Source of the DNA: Paragordius varius
Taxonomy: Eukaryota > Animalia > Nematomorpha
NCBI GenBank assembly: GCA_964247055.1
Contig: OZ176052.1
Coordinates: 10,044,001 to 10,108,000, forward strand
DNA: 64,000 nucleotides
Direction: 5' to 3'
The position numbers were made by a program, and so were the translations under genes. Below are positions 1-12,874 of the stretch, in pieces; position 1 is the first letter of the stretch, and each line of letters opens with the position of its first letter. The notes under the pieces are model-generated. The model saw only the letters and a list, made by a program, of their open reading frames with translations, did not search any database and was not told where the DNA came from.

Positions 1-3000
1 GTCCACAAAAATATTTTTTTGATTGTATTTTTTTGCCCACGGTATGAGACTGTAAAAATTCGAGAAAGATTTTTCGTATTGCCTGTTAAAAGGCAAAAAT
101 TTTAGTCAAGCGTTTCTTTGATGATAGATGCTGAGTAAGGAGTATCTATCATATGCATAGCATGTTAAAAGATATATGGATATTAATACATTATTTATCC
201 TCATCTATATATTTATAAAAATGGAAAAGGCTGGCTTTGTGATCTGGTACAGGAAAACCGGTAGACCCAATCAAATCCAAATATCGAAAAAATATAATCA
301 TTAATAAATGTCCCGACAATAGCTTCGCCCTTTTTTTGAAATAGGCCCCCAGTTCGGGCCCACCCCGTATGAAAAACGGGTTTTTTTTGAAAACAGAAGT
401 CCACAAAATCGTGTTTTTGAGACAATATTCCGGAGAACGTGTTGGACCATTCAATTTCAAATATGAATTTTGTTTACTTATTTTCGATTGCGCCGAACAT
501 AGTCGAGCCACTTTTTTGATTTAGGCCCTCTTTTTACCCGCTACCCCCGTAAAATGCAATTTTTTTCAAAAAAAAATAAAGTCCACAAAAATATTTTTTT
601 GATTGTATTTTTTTGCCCACGGTATGAGACTGTAAAAATTCGAGAAAGATTTTTCGTATTGCCTGTTAAAAGGCAAAAATTTTAGTCAAGCGTTTCTTTG
701 ATGATAGATGCTGAGTAAGGAGTATCTATCATATGCATAGCATGTTAAAAGATATATGGATATCAATACATTATTTATCCTCATCTATATATTTATAAAA
801 ATAAAGGCTGGCTTTGTGATCTGGTACAGGAAAACCGGTAGACCCAATCAAATCCAAATATCGAAAAAATATAATCATTAATAAATGTCCCGACAATAGC
901 TTCGCCCTTTTTTTGAAATAGGCCCCCAGTTCGGGCCCACCCCGTATGAAAAACGGGTTTTTTTTGAAAACAGAAGTCCACAAAATCGTGTTTTTGAGAC
1001 AATATTCCGGAGAACGTGTTGGACCATTCAATTTCAAATATGAATTTTGTTTACTTATTTTCGATTGCGCCGAACATAGTCGAGCCACTTTTTTGATTTA
1101 GGCCCTCTTTTTACCCGCTCCCCCCGTAAAATGCCATTTTTTTCAAAAAACAAAGTCCACAAAAATAATTTTCTAAATCGATTTTTCGCCCTAGGTATGA
1201 GACCGTAAAAATTCAATAAAGATTCCACGTATTGCCTGTTAAAAGGCAAAAATTTTAGTCCACCGTTTATTTGATGATAGCTGCTGGGTAAGGAGCTACC
1301 CGCTAAAAACTGATTTTTCATATAATTTTGTGAACTGTTTCCGGAAAACCGGTGATTCCAATCTCCAAATATCGAAAAAATATAATCATTAATGAATGCC
1401 CCGACAATAGCTTCGCCCTTTTTTGGAATTAGGTCCCCAGTTTGGGCCCACCCCGTGTGAAAAATGGGTTAAGTCAATTTTTTGGAGAACGTGTTGGACC
1501 ATTCAATTTCAAATATGATTTTTGTTTACTTATTTTCGATTGCGCCGAACATAGTCGAGTCACTTTTTTGATTTAGGCCCTCTTTTTACCCGCTCCCCCC
1601 GTAAAATGCCATTTTTTTCAAAAAAGTCCACAAAAATATTTTTTTGATTGTATTTTTTTGCCCACGGTATGAGACTGTAAAAATTCGAGAAAGATTTTTC
1701 GTTTTGCCTGTTAAAAGGCAAAAATTTTAGTCAAGCGTTTCTTTGATGATAGATGCTGAGTAAGGAGTATCTATCATATGCATAGCATGTTAAAAGATAT
1801 ATGGATATTAATACATTATTTATCCTCATCTATATATTTATAAAAATGGAAAAGGCTGGCTTTGTGATCTGGTACAGGAAAACCGGTAGACCCAATCAAA
1901 TCCAAATATCGAAAAAATATAATCATTAATAAATGTCCCGACAATAGCTTCGCCCTTTTTTTGAAATAGGCCCCCAGTTCGGGCCCACCCCGTATGAAAA
2001 ACGGGTTTTTTTTGAAAACAGAAGTCCACAAAATCGTGTTTTTGAGACAATATTCCGGAGAACGTGTTGGACCATTCAATTTCAAATATGAATTTTGTTT
2101 ACTTATTTTCGATTGCGCCGAACATAGTCGAGCCACTTTTTTGATTTAGGCCCTCTTTTTACCCGCTACCCCCGTAAAATGCAATTTTTTTCAAAAAAAA
2201 ATAAAGTCCACAAAAATATTTTTTTGATTGTATTTTTTTGCCCACGGTATGAGACTGTAAAAATTCGAGAAAGATTTTTCGTATTGCCTGTTAAAAGGCA
2301 AAAATTTTAGTCAAGCGTTTCTTTGATGATAGATGCTGAGTAAGGAGTATCTATCATATGCATAGCATGTTAAAAGATATATGGATATCAATACATTATT
2401 TATCCTCATCTATATATTTATAAAAATAAAGGCTGGCTTTGTGATCTGGTACAGGAAAACCGGTAGACCCAATCAAATCCAAATATCGAAAAAATATAAT
2501 CATTAATAAATGTCCCGACAATAGCTTCGCCCTTTTTTTGAAATAGGCCCCCAGTTCGGGCCCACCCCGTATGAAAAACGGGTTTTTTTTGAAAACAGAA
2601 GTCCACAAAATCGTGTTTTTGAGACAATATTCCGGAGAACGTGTTGGACCATTCAATTTCAAATATGAATTTTGTTTACTTATTTTCGATTGCGCCGAAC
2701 ATAGTCGAGCCACTTTTTTGATTTAGGCCCTCTTTTTACCCGCTCCCCCCGTAAAATGCCATTTTTTTCAAAAAACAAAGTCCACAAAAATAATTTTCTA
2801 AATCGATTTTTCGCCCTAGGTATGAGACCGTAAAAATTCAATAAAGATTCCACGTATTGCCTGTTAAAAGGCAAAAATTTTAGTCCACCGTTTATTTGAT
2901 GATAGCTGCTGGGTAAGGAGCTACCCGCTAAAAACTGATTTTTCATATAATTTTGTGAACTGTTTCCGGAAAACCGGTGATTCCAATCTCCAAATATCGA

Positions 3001-6000
3001 AAAAATATAATCATTAATGAATGCCCCGACAATAGCTTCGCCCTTTTTTGGAATTAGGTCCCCAGTTTGGGCCCACCCCGTGTGAAAAATGGGTTAAGTC
3101 AATTTTTTGGAGAACGTGTTGGACCATTCAATTTCAAATATGATTTTTGTTTACTTATTTTCGATTGCGCCGAACATAGTCGAGTCACTTTTTTGATTTA
3201 GGCCCTCTTTTTACCCGCTCCCCCCGTAAAATGCCATTTTTTTCAAAAAAGTCCACAAAAATATTTTTTTGATTGTATTTTTTTGCCCACGGTATGAGAC
3301 TGTAAAAATTCGAGAAAGATTTTTCGTTTTGCCTGTTAAAAGGCAAAAATTTTAGTCAAGCGTTTCTTTGATGATAGATGCTGAGTAAGGAGTATCTATC
3401 ATATGCATAGCATGTTAAAAGATATATGGATATTAATACATTATTTATCCTCATCTATATATTTATAAAAATGGAAAAGGCTGGCTTTGTGATCTGGTAC
3501 AGGAAAACCGGTAGACCCAATCAAATCCAAATATCGAAAAAATATAATCATTAATAAATGTCCCGACAATAGCTTCGCCCTTTTTTTGAAATAGGCCCCC
3601 AGTTCGGGCCCACCCCGTATGAAAAACGGGTTTTTTTTGAAAACAGAAGTCCACAAAATCGTGTTTTTGAGACAATATTCCGGAGAACGTGTTGGACCAT
3701 TCAATTTCAAATATGAATTTTGTTTACTTATTTTCGATTGCGCCGAACATAGTCGAGCCACTTTTTTGATTTAGGCCCTCTTTTTACCCGCTCCCCCCGT
3801 AAAATGCCATTTTTTTCAAAAAAAAATAAAGTCCACAAAAATATTTTTTTGATTGTATTTTTTTGCCCACGGTATGAGACTGTAAAAATTCGAGAAAGAT
3901 TTTTCGTATTGCCTGTTAAAAGGCAAAAATTTTAGTCAAGCGTTTCTTTGATGATAGATGCTGAGTAAGGAGTATCTATCATATGCATAGCATGTTAAAA
4001 GATATATGGATATTAATACATTATTTATCCTCATCTATATATTTATAAAAATGGAAAAGGCTGGCTTTGTGATCTGGTACAGGAAAACCGGTAGACCCAA
4101 TCAAATCCAAATATCGAAAAAATATAATCATTAATAAATGTCCCGACAATAGCTTCGCCCTTTTTTTGAAATAGGCCCCCAGTTCGGGCCCACCCCGTAT
4201 GAAAAACGGGTTTTTTTTGAAAACATAAGTCCACAAAATCGTGTTTTTGAGACAATATTCCGGAGAACGTGTTGGACCATTCAATTTCAAATATGAATTT
4301 TGTTTACTTATTTTCGATTGCGCCGAACATAGTCGAGCCACTTTTTTGATTTAGGCCCTCTTTTTACCCGCTACCCCCGTAAAATGCAATTTTTTTCAAA
4401 AAAAAATAAAGTCCACAAAAATATTTTTTTGATTGTATTGTTTTGCCCACGGTATGAGACTGTAAAAATTCGAGAAAGATTTTTCGTATTGCCTGTTAAA
4501 AGGCAAAAATTTTAGTCAAGCGTTTCTTTGATGATAGATGCTGAGTAAGGAGTACTTTTTACCCGCTACCCCCGTAAAATGCCATTTTTTTCAAAAAAAA
4601 AACAAAGTCCACAAAAATATTTTTTTGATTGTATTTTTTTGCCCACGGTATGAGACTGTAAAAATTCGAGAAAGATTTTTCGTATTGCCTGTTAAAAGGC
4701 AAAAATTTTAGTCAAGCGTTTCTTTGATGATAGATGCTGAGTAAGGAGTATCTATCATATGCATAGCATGTTAAAAGATATATGGATATCAATACATTAT
4801 TTATCCTCATCTATATATTTATAAAAATGGAAAAGGCTGGCTTTGTGATCTGGTACAGGAAAACCGGTAGACCCAATCAAATCCAAATATCGAAAAAATA
4901 TAATCATTAATAAATGTCCCGACAATAGCTTCGCCCTTTTTTTGAAATAGGCCCCCAGTTCGGGCCCACCCCGTATGAAAAACGGGTTTTTTTTGAAAAC
5001 ATAAGTCCACAAAATCGTGTTTTTGAGACAATATTCCGGAGAACGTGTTGGACCATTCAATTTCAAATATGAATTTTGTTTACTTATTTTCGATTGCGCC
5101 GAACATAGTCGAGCCACTTTTTTGATTTAGGCCCTCTTTTTACCCGCTACCCCCGTAAAATGCAATTTTTTTCAAAAAAAAATAAAGTCCACAAAAATAT
5201 TTTTTTGATTGTATTTTTTTGCCCACGGTATGAGACTGTAAAAATTCGAGAAAGATTTTTCGTATTGCCTGTTAAAAGGCAAAAATTTTAGTCCACCGTT
5301 TATTTGATGATAGCTGCTGGGTAAGGAGCTACCCGCTAAAAACTGATTTTTCATATAATTTTGTGAACTGTTTCCGGAAAACCGGTGATTCCAATCTCCA
5401 AATATCGAAAAAATATAATCATTAATGAATGCCCCGACAATAGCTTCGCCCTTTTTTGGAATTAGGTCCCCAGTTTGGGCCCACCCCGTGTGAAAAATGG
5501 GTTAAGTCAATTTTTTGGAGAACGTGTTGGACCATTCAATTTCAAATATGATTTTTGTTTACTTATTTTCGATTGCGCCGAACATAGTCGAGTCACTTTT
5601 TTGATTTAGGCCCTCTTTTTACCCGCTCCCCCCGTAAAATGCCATTTTTTTCAAAAAAGTCCACAAAAATATTTTTTTGATTGTATTTTTTTGCCCACGG
5701 TATGAAACTGTAAAAATTCGAGAAAGATTTTTCGTTTTGCCTGTTAAAAGGCAAAAATTTTAGTCAAGCGTTTCTTTGATGATAGATGCTGAGTAAGGAG
5801 TATCTATCATATGCATAGCATGTTAAAAGATATATGGATATTAATACATTATTTATCCTCATCTATATATTTATAAAAATGGAAAAGGCTGGCTTTGTGA
5901 TCTGGTACAGGAAAACCGGTAGACCCAATCAAATCCAAATATCGAAAAAATATAATCATTAATAAATGTCCCGACAATAGCTTCGCCCTTTTTTTGAAAT

Positions 6001-9000
6001 AGGCCCCCAGTTCGGGCCCACCCCGTATGAAAAACGGGTTTTTTTTGAAAACAGAAGTCCACAAAATCGTGTTTTTGAGACAATATTCCGGAGAACGTGT
6101 TGGACCATTCAATTTCAAATATGAATTTTGTTTACTTATTTTCGATTGCGCCGAACATAGTCGAGCCACTTTTTTGATTTTGGCCCTCTTTTTACCCGCT
6201 CCCCCCGTAAAATGCCATTTTTTTCAAAAAAAAATAAAGTCCACAAAAATATTTTTTTGATTGTATTTTTTTGCCCACGGTATGAGACTGTAAAAATTCG
6301 AGAAAGATTTTTCGTATTGCCTGTTAAAAGGCAAAAATTTTAGTCAAGCGTTTCTTTGATGATAGATGCTGAGTAAGGAGTATCTATCATATGCATAGCA
6401 TGTTAAAAGATATATGGATATTAATACATTATTTATCCTCATCTATATATTTATAAAAATGGAAAAGGCTGGCTTTGTGATCTGGTACAGGAAAACCGGT
6501 AGACCCAATCAAATCCAAATATCGAAAAAATATAATCATTAATAAATGTCCCGACAATAGCTTCGCCCTTTTTTTGAAATAGGCCCCCAGTTCGGGCCCA
6601 CCCCGTATGAAAAACGGGTTTTTTTTGAAAACATAAGTCCACAAAATCGTGTTTTTGAGACAATATTCCGGAGAACGTGTTGGACCATTCAATTTCAAAT
6701 ATGAATTTTGTTTACTTATTTTCGATTGCGCCGAACATAGTCGAGCCACTTTTTTGATTTAGGCCCTCTTTTTACCCGCTACCCCCGTAAAATGCAATTT
6801 TTTTCAAAAAAAAATAAAGTCCACAAAAATATTTTTTTGATTGTATTTTTTTGCCCACGGTATGAGACTGTAAAAATTCGAGAAAGATTTTTCGTATTGC
6901 CTGTTAAAAGGCAAAAATTTTAGTCAAGCGTTTCTTTGATGATAGATGCTGAGTAAGGAGTATCTATCATATGCATAGCATGTTAAAAGATATATGGATA
7001 TTAATACATTATTTATCCTCATCTATATATTTATAAAAATGGAAAAGGCTGGCTTTGTGATCTGGTACAGGAAAACCGGTAGACCCAATCAAATCCAAAT
7101 ATCGAAAAAATATAATCATTAATAAATGTCCCGACAATAGCTTCGCCCTTTTTTTGAAATAGGCCCCCAGTTCGGGCCCACCCCGTATGAAAAACGGGTT
7201 TTTTTTGAAAACATAAGTCCACAAAATCGTGTTTTTGAGACAATATTCCGGAGAACGTGTTGGACCATTCAATTTCAAATATGAATTTTGTTTACTTATT
7301 TTCGATTGCGCCGAACATAGTCGAGCCACTTTTTTGATTTAGGCCCTCTTTTTACCCGCTACCCCCGTAAAATGCAATTTTTTTCAAAAAAAAATAAAGT
7401 CCACAAAAATATTTTTTTGATTGTATTTTTTTGCCCACGGTATGAGACTGTAAAAATTCGAGAAAGATTTTTCGTATTGCCTGTTAAAAGGCAAAAATTT
7501 TAGTCAAGCGTTTCTTTGATGATAGATGCTGAGTAAGGAGTACTTTTTACCCGCTACCCCCGTAAAATGCCATTTTTTTCAAAAAAAAAACAAAGGGTGG
7601 AGTGAATAAAAAAAAGGAAACCCTTTAAGTGTTTCCTATGCTCACTTTTTCAAAGAAAGGGTTTCCTTATAATTCATATAAAAAACACATCTGATTAACT
7701 CTCGAGTTTCCTTAAACCATGCCTAAAACCGATATAAATGTACCTAAAGAAAAATTGAGACTTCTTCTTGCAAAGTAACTTAATATTTAATATTTTAGAT
7801 ATCCCATAGTTTTTAATAAATCTATGGTCCCGTATATTGTAATTCAAAAAAAGAAGCTTATAAAAATCTACAAAATGATTTGTTGACAGAAACAAAGAAT
7901 TATTATGATATAGATCAGATATAGCGATAGATATGAAAATTGCAATCAAAAAAATATGATTTAAATAATACAGGAAACGTTGTCATAAAAGATCGCACGA
8001 AATCGGAGGAAATATTCCTAAATTCTTAAGATCGCACAGAATCGGAAGAATTTTTAAATTATTATGACAATCTAATTCACATTTTATATTAAATAATAAA
8101 TAGATTAAAGTTTATTTATACATTTTTTTATGATAAAATAAAAGTTTGTATACAAATTTTCATTTAGCAAGAATAACTAAGAAACTGATTGACTTAATAT
8201 TTTTTGCATATACTAAGAAATGAGATTTGTTAGTTAATCGAAATCAGGAAAAGTATTTTGTCATAAAGTTTATTGTTTGATTATTAAATCGTAGATTTTG
8301 TTTCATAGATAATTGATTCCCTTATATCTTTTTTTGTTTCTTATCTAAGATCGTTGAGCAAACATTTAGTTTCTACGCTGTATTCCAAATATACTAGAAA
8401 AATCTAAAATGTATAAAAATAACTTTGAAAATTGAAATTTTAACTTATCGAATCTAATATCAAAACCGTATTAGCTCTAATTGCCTTGTTTGATCCTCTA
8501 CTATCGATTGTTATAAAATTTATAAATATATAAGGATGGTATTTAGCATCCTAAAAAATATGTAGGGTTTCCTTTAATAAATTTTTTTATTCACATGAAA
8601 ACAAGTGTTTCCTTAAAAATCTAATGTTAATTTTTTTAGGGTTTCCTTAGCTTTTTATTCACTCCAAATTAAGGAATCTCTTAAAAAAGCTAAGGAAAGA
8701 GTGTTTCCTTTTTTTTATTCACTCCACCCAAAGTCCACAAAAATATTTTTTTGATTGTATTTTTTTGCCCACGGTATGAGACTGTAAAAATTCGAGAAAG
8801 ATTTTTCGTATTGCCTGTTAAAAGGCAAAAATTTTAGTCAAGCGTTTCTTTGATGATAGATGCTGAGTAAGGAGTATCTATCATATGCATAGCATGTTAA
8901 AAGATATATGGATATCAATACATTATTTATCCTCATCTATATATTTATAAAAATGGAAAAGGCTGGCTTTGTGATCTGGTACAGGAAAACCGGTAGACCC

Positions 9001-11114
9001 AATCAAATCCAAATATCGAAAAAATATAATCATTAATAAATGTCCCGACAATAGCTTCGCCCTTTTTTTGAAATAGGCCCCCAGTTCGGGCCCACCCCGT
9101 ATGAAAAACGGGTTTTTTTTGAAAACAGAAGTCCACAAAATCGTGTTTTTGAGACAATATTCCGGAGAACGTGTTGGACCATTCAATTTCAAATATGAAT
9201 TTTGTTTACTTATTTTCGATTGCGCCGAACATAGTCGAGCGACTTTTTTGATTTAGGCCCTCTTTTTACCCGCTCCCCCCGTAAAATGCCATTTTTTTCA
9301 AAAAACAAAGTCCACAAAAATAATTTTCTAAATCGATTTTTCGCCCTAGGTATGAGACCGTAAAAATTCAATAAAGATTCCACGTATTGCCTGTTAAAAG
9401 GCAAAAATTTTAGTCCACCGTTTATTTGATGATAGCTGCTGGGTAAGGAGCTACCCGCTAAAAACTGATTTTTCATATAATTTTGTGAACTGTTTCCGGA
9501 AAACCGGTGATTCCAATCTCCAAATATCGAAAAAATATAATCATTAATGAATGCCCCGACAATAGCTTCGCCCTTTTTTGGAATTAGGTCCCCAGTTTGG
9601 GCCCACCCCGTGTGAAAAATGGGTTAAGTCAATTTTTTGGAGAACGTGTTGGACCATTCAATTTCAAATATGATTTTTGTTTACTTATTTTCGATTGCGC
9701 CGAACATAGTCGAGTCACTTTTTTGATTTAGGCCCTCTTTTTACCTCCCCCCGTAAAATGCCATTTTTTTCAAAAAAGTCCACAAAAATATTTTTTTGAT
9801 TGTATTTTTTTGCCCACGGTATGAGACTGTAAAAATTCGAGAAAGATTTTTCGTTTTGCCTGTTAAAAGGCAAAAATTTTAGTCAAGCGTTTCTTTGATG
9901 ATAGATGCTGAGTAAGGAGTATCTATCATATGCATAGCATGTTAAAAGATATATGGATATTAATACATTATTTATCCTCATCTATATATTTATAAAAATG
10001 GAAAAGGCTGGCTTTGTGATCTGGTACAGGAAAACCGGTAGACCCAATCAAATCCAAATATCGAAAAAATATAATCATTAATAAATGTCCCGACAATAGC
10101 TTCGCCCTTTTTTTGAAATAGGCCCCCAGTTCGGGCCCACCCCGTATGAAAAACGGGTTTTTTTTGAAAACAGAAGTCCACAAAATCGTGTTTTTGAGAC
10201 AATATTCCGGAGAACGTGTTGGACCATTCAATTTCAAATATGAATTTTGTTTACTTATTTTCGATTGCGCCGAACATAGTCGAGCCACTTTTTTGATTTA
10301 GGCCCTCTTTTTACCCGCTCCCCCCGTAAAATGCCATTTTTTTCAAAAAACAAAGTCCACAAAAATAATTTTCTAAATCGATTTTTCGCCCTAGGTATAA
10401 GACCGTAAAAATTCAATAAAGATTCCACGTATTCCCTGTTAAAATGCAAAAATTTTAGTCAAGCGTTTCTATGATGATAGCTGCTGGGTAAGGAGCTACC
10501 CGCTAAAAACTGATTTTTCATTTAACTTAGTGATCTGTTTCCGGAAAAGCGGTGAACCCAATCAAATCCAAATATCGAAAAAATATAATCATTAATGAAT
10601 GCCCCGACAATAGCTTCGCCCTTTTTTGGAATTAGGTCCCCAGTTCGGGCCCACCCCGTGTGAAAAATGGGTTAAGTCAATTTTTTGGAGAACGTGTTGG
10701 ACCATTTAATTTCAAATATGAATTTTGTTTACTTATTTTTGATCGCGCTGAACATAGTCGAGTCACTTTTTTGATTTAGGCCCTCTTTTTACCCGCTACC
10801 CCCGTAAAATGCCATTTTTTTCAAAAAAAAACAAAGTCCACAAAAATAATTTTTCAATTGTATTTTTTTGCCCAAGGTATGAAACTGTAAAAATTCGAGA
10901 AGGTTTTTTCGTATTACCTGTTAAAAGGCAAAAATTTTAGTCAAGCGTTTCTTTGATGATAGATGCTGAGTAAGGAGTATCTATCATATGTATAGCATGT
11001 TAAAAGATATATGGATTATAACATTATTTATGGTAATCTATATATTTATAAAAATGGAAAATGCTGGCTTTGTGATCTGGTACAGGAAAACCGGTAGACC
11101 CATTCAAATCCAAA
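1..11114. repeat. Tandem satellite array, ~20 monomers (~580-bp type A, ~470-bp type B, 196-bp deletion monomer), with a 1625-bp higher-order repeat; left end lies outside the window
   Basis: Monomer start GTCCACAAAAATA recurs at 1, 581, 1155, 1626, ... 3251, 3831, 4411, 4607, 5187, 5659, 6239, 6819, 7399, 8733, 9310, 9778, 10355, 10836. Identical spurious ORFs recur 1625 bp apart (191/1816/3441). Confidence 0.98.
7595..8729. mobile_element. Non-autonomous TIR element (PIF/Harbinger-like MITE, 1135 bp) inserted in the satellite
   Basis: Perfect 27-bp TIRs GGGTGGAGTGAATAAAAAAAAGGAAAC (7595-7621 / 8703-8729). 3-bp TSD AAA (7592-7594, 8730-8732), shown by comparison with the empty monomer CAAAGTCC at 4603. 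Subterminal GTTTCCT repeats; no transposase ORF. Confidence 0.88.
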
Positions 11115-11188
11115 CTTCGAACCCCCCCCCCCCCCCAGAAGTTCAAAGGACTTCCTCGGGCTGCGTAGCAGCACGAGATTCACGCTAG
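11115..11188 (+). mobile_element. Helitron-type 3' terminus (poly-C, GC-rich hairpin, CTAG|T) closing the satellite array
   Basis: Hairpin CTCG-G-GCTGC-GTA-GCAGC-A-CGAG (11155-11177), 7-nt spacer, CTAG at 11185-11188 followed by T, directly after the last truncated monomer and a C15 run. Confidence 0.72.
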
Positions 11189-11465
11189 TTTTTTAATATA
11201 TTTTTATTTAAACAATTGAGATTGATTGTTATTAATATTCGAGGCTAACCTAAAAATATTTATAGTTTTGGCTGAAATAATAAAACTTAAAAAAATATAA
11301 TTTTCAACTTGATCATATCACTTCTAATTGACTTTTAAGCAATTCAAAATTGTCAATAAAATACTGTCGAAAAAATATTTATCTAGTCAGCATTATTTTA
11401 TAAACCAATATAAGTTCTATTTCATTCGTAACTATAGATATTTTTAGGTTAGCTACGAGCATTAA

Positions 11466-12018
11466 CACTTTGATTCAATTTGGGGTATCTAAATACCCAG
11501 ACTAAATTTAAGCTAGTATTTTTTAATATAAAGGAAACGGTCCAAATTTAAATTTATACTTCTATCCTAATAAAAATTATATAAATATGCCAAAATATCT
11601 GAAGAAAACTTTGTTTTTAATAAAAGTTCCATGTCAAACTACTTCGACGCCATTTTTATTTTACAAAATTTTTGCAAAATATCGTCTTCATTTAATTTTA
11701 GGGGTAGAATTAAAGCTAGATTTTTAATTACATCTAACATTGGAATAGAAAAAGCGGATTATTTTGTATTATTATCCAATTTTACCATTGCATACATGTT
11801 ACGTTGACTAAATTCTTACCTTTCGATTTTAGCTTAAAATAAGTAATATCAAGCATTTTTGAATAAATTTTTTTATATGTTTCGGTTTAATAATGTTATA
11901 TAAGTGCAATTATGCCATGGTTTTTATTCCTTCCATATTTTTTAAACAAGTTAATTTTAAACAGGCCTTGGTATTCAATTTGATCGAAGGACTAAAATGA
12001 ATGTCTTGTATCCAAGTG
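11466..12018 (-). mobile_element. piggyBac-like non-autonomous element, copy 1
   Basis: TTAA|CACTT...AAGTG|TTAA (TTAA at 11462 and 12019). Reverse-complement homology to 45420-45958 and 52936-53516; internal GGGGTATCTAAATACCC(C)AG repeat. Confidence 0.75.
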
Positions 12019-12874
12019 TTAATCTTAACCATCTCAATTTAAATTATAAAAGTTAAAGAAAAATTTCCAAAAATATTTTTGTTATACATCTCAAAAACGA
12101 TAAAACACTCATCCAGTTATAAAAATATGACTTTAAATAAATAGTCTATAAGGACTGTGTATTGGAATATAATAAAAAATGTCATTTATTAATTTTGATT
12201 TTATAAAAAAATAATATTCTATAAGTGTGTGTTAATGATTAAATTTTATTTTATATCATATTTTAATATTTATTTTCAAAAATAAGGTTTTTATTGATTA
12301 AGAAAATGTTTTTGTCAACTGGGAAAATATGATTGTTTGGGTATTTGTTGTGGTTGTTTGGGGGAAATCATTATTGACTGGGAAAAACGTTTTTTTAACT
12401 GGGTAATCGTTATATATTTTACATGGTTTCGAATTTTTTAGCTCTTGTTTAAAATTGAAATATTATATGCTAAATTTAGGATTAAAATAGTTTTCTGCTT
12501 TTCATGCTTTTGGTGGAGTTCACCAACTTTTAAACTCAAAAAATTTGGGATGACACTTATGGTAAACAATAAAGGCTGTAAGCTGTTCAAAATTGAAATT
12601 GAACTTACGAATTAAATCTAAAACCTTGGAAATAAATAGATAAAAGTTAAATAAATAATTTAATGTTGTTGTTTTAGAACGTTTAAAGTAAAGCGTCTTA
12701 GACAAAAAATTAATTTAGACAAAATATATGTTTCAGATATTTCTATAATGCTTGATTAAATTTTTATGTCTCTTCTACTTATATATTGAATTCAATGTAA
12801 CCAAATAATAATATAAAATAAGAATATTGGCCTTCTTTTTAGTCATAACATTTTAACATCTGCTTTGAATCCTA

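Noticed and set aside
191-10449. Repeated 60-106-aa minus-strand ORFs (MARLCSAQ..., MSQKHDF..., MKNQFLAG...)
   Set aside because: They simply track the satellite monomer, have no recognisable domain and are broken by monomer indels.
1-11114. CRISPR-like or rDNA-like array
   Set aside because: No unique spacers, no cas genes and no rRNA sequence; the context is eukaryotic and intron-containing.
10988-11188. 66-aa ORF with poly-Pro
   Set aside because: Chance read-through from the last monomer across the poly-C run into the Helitron-like end.
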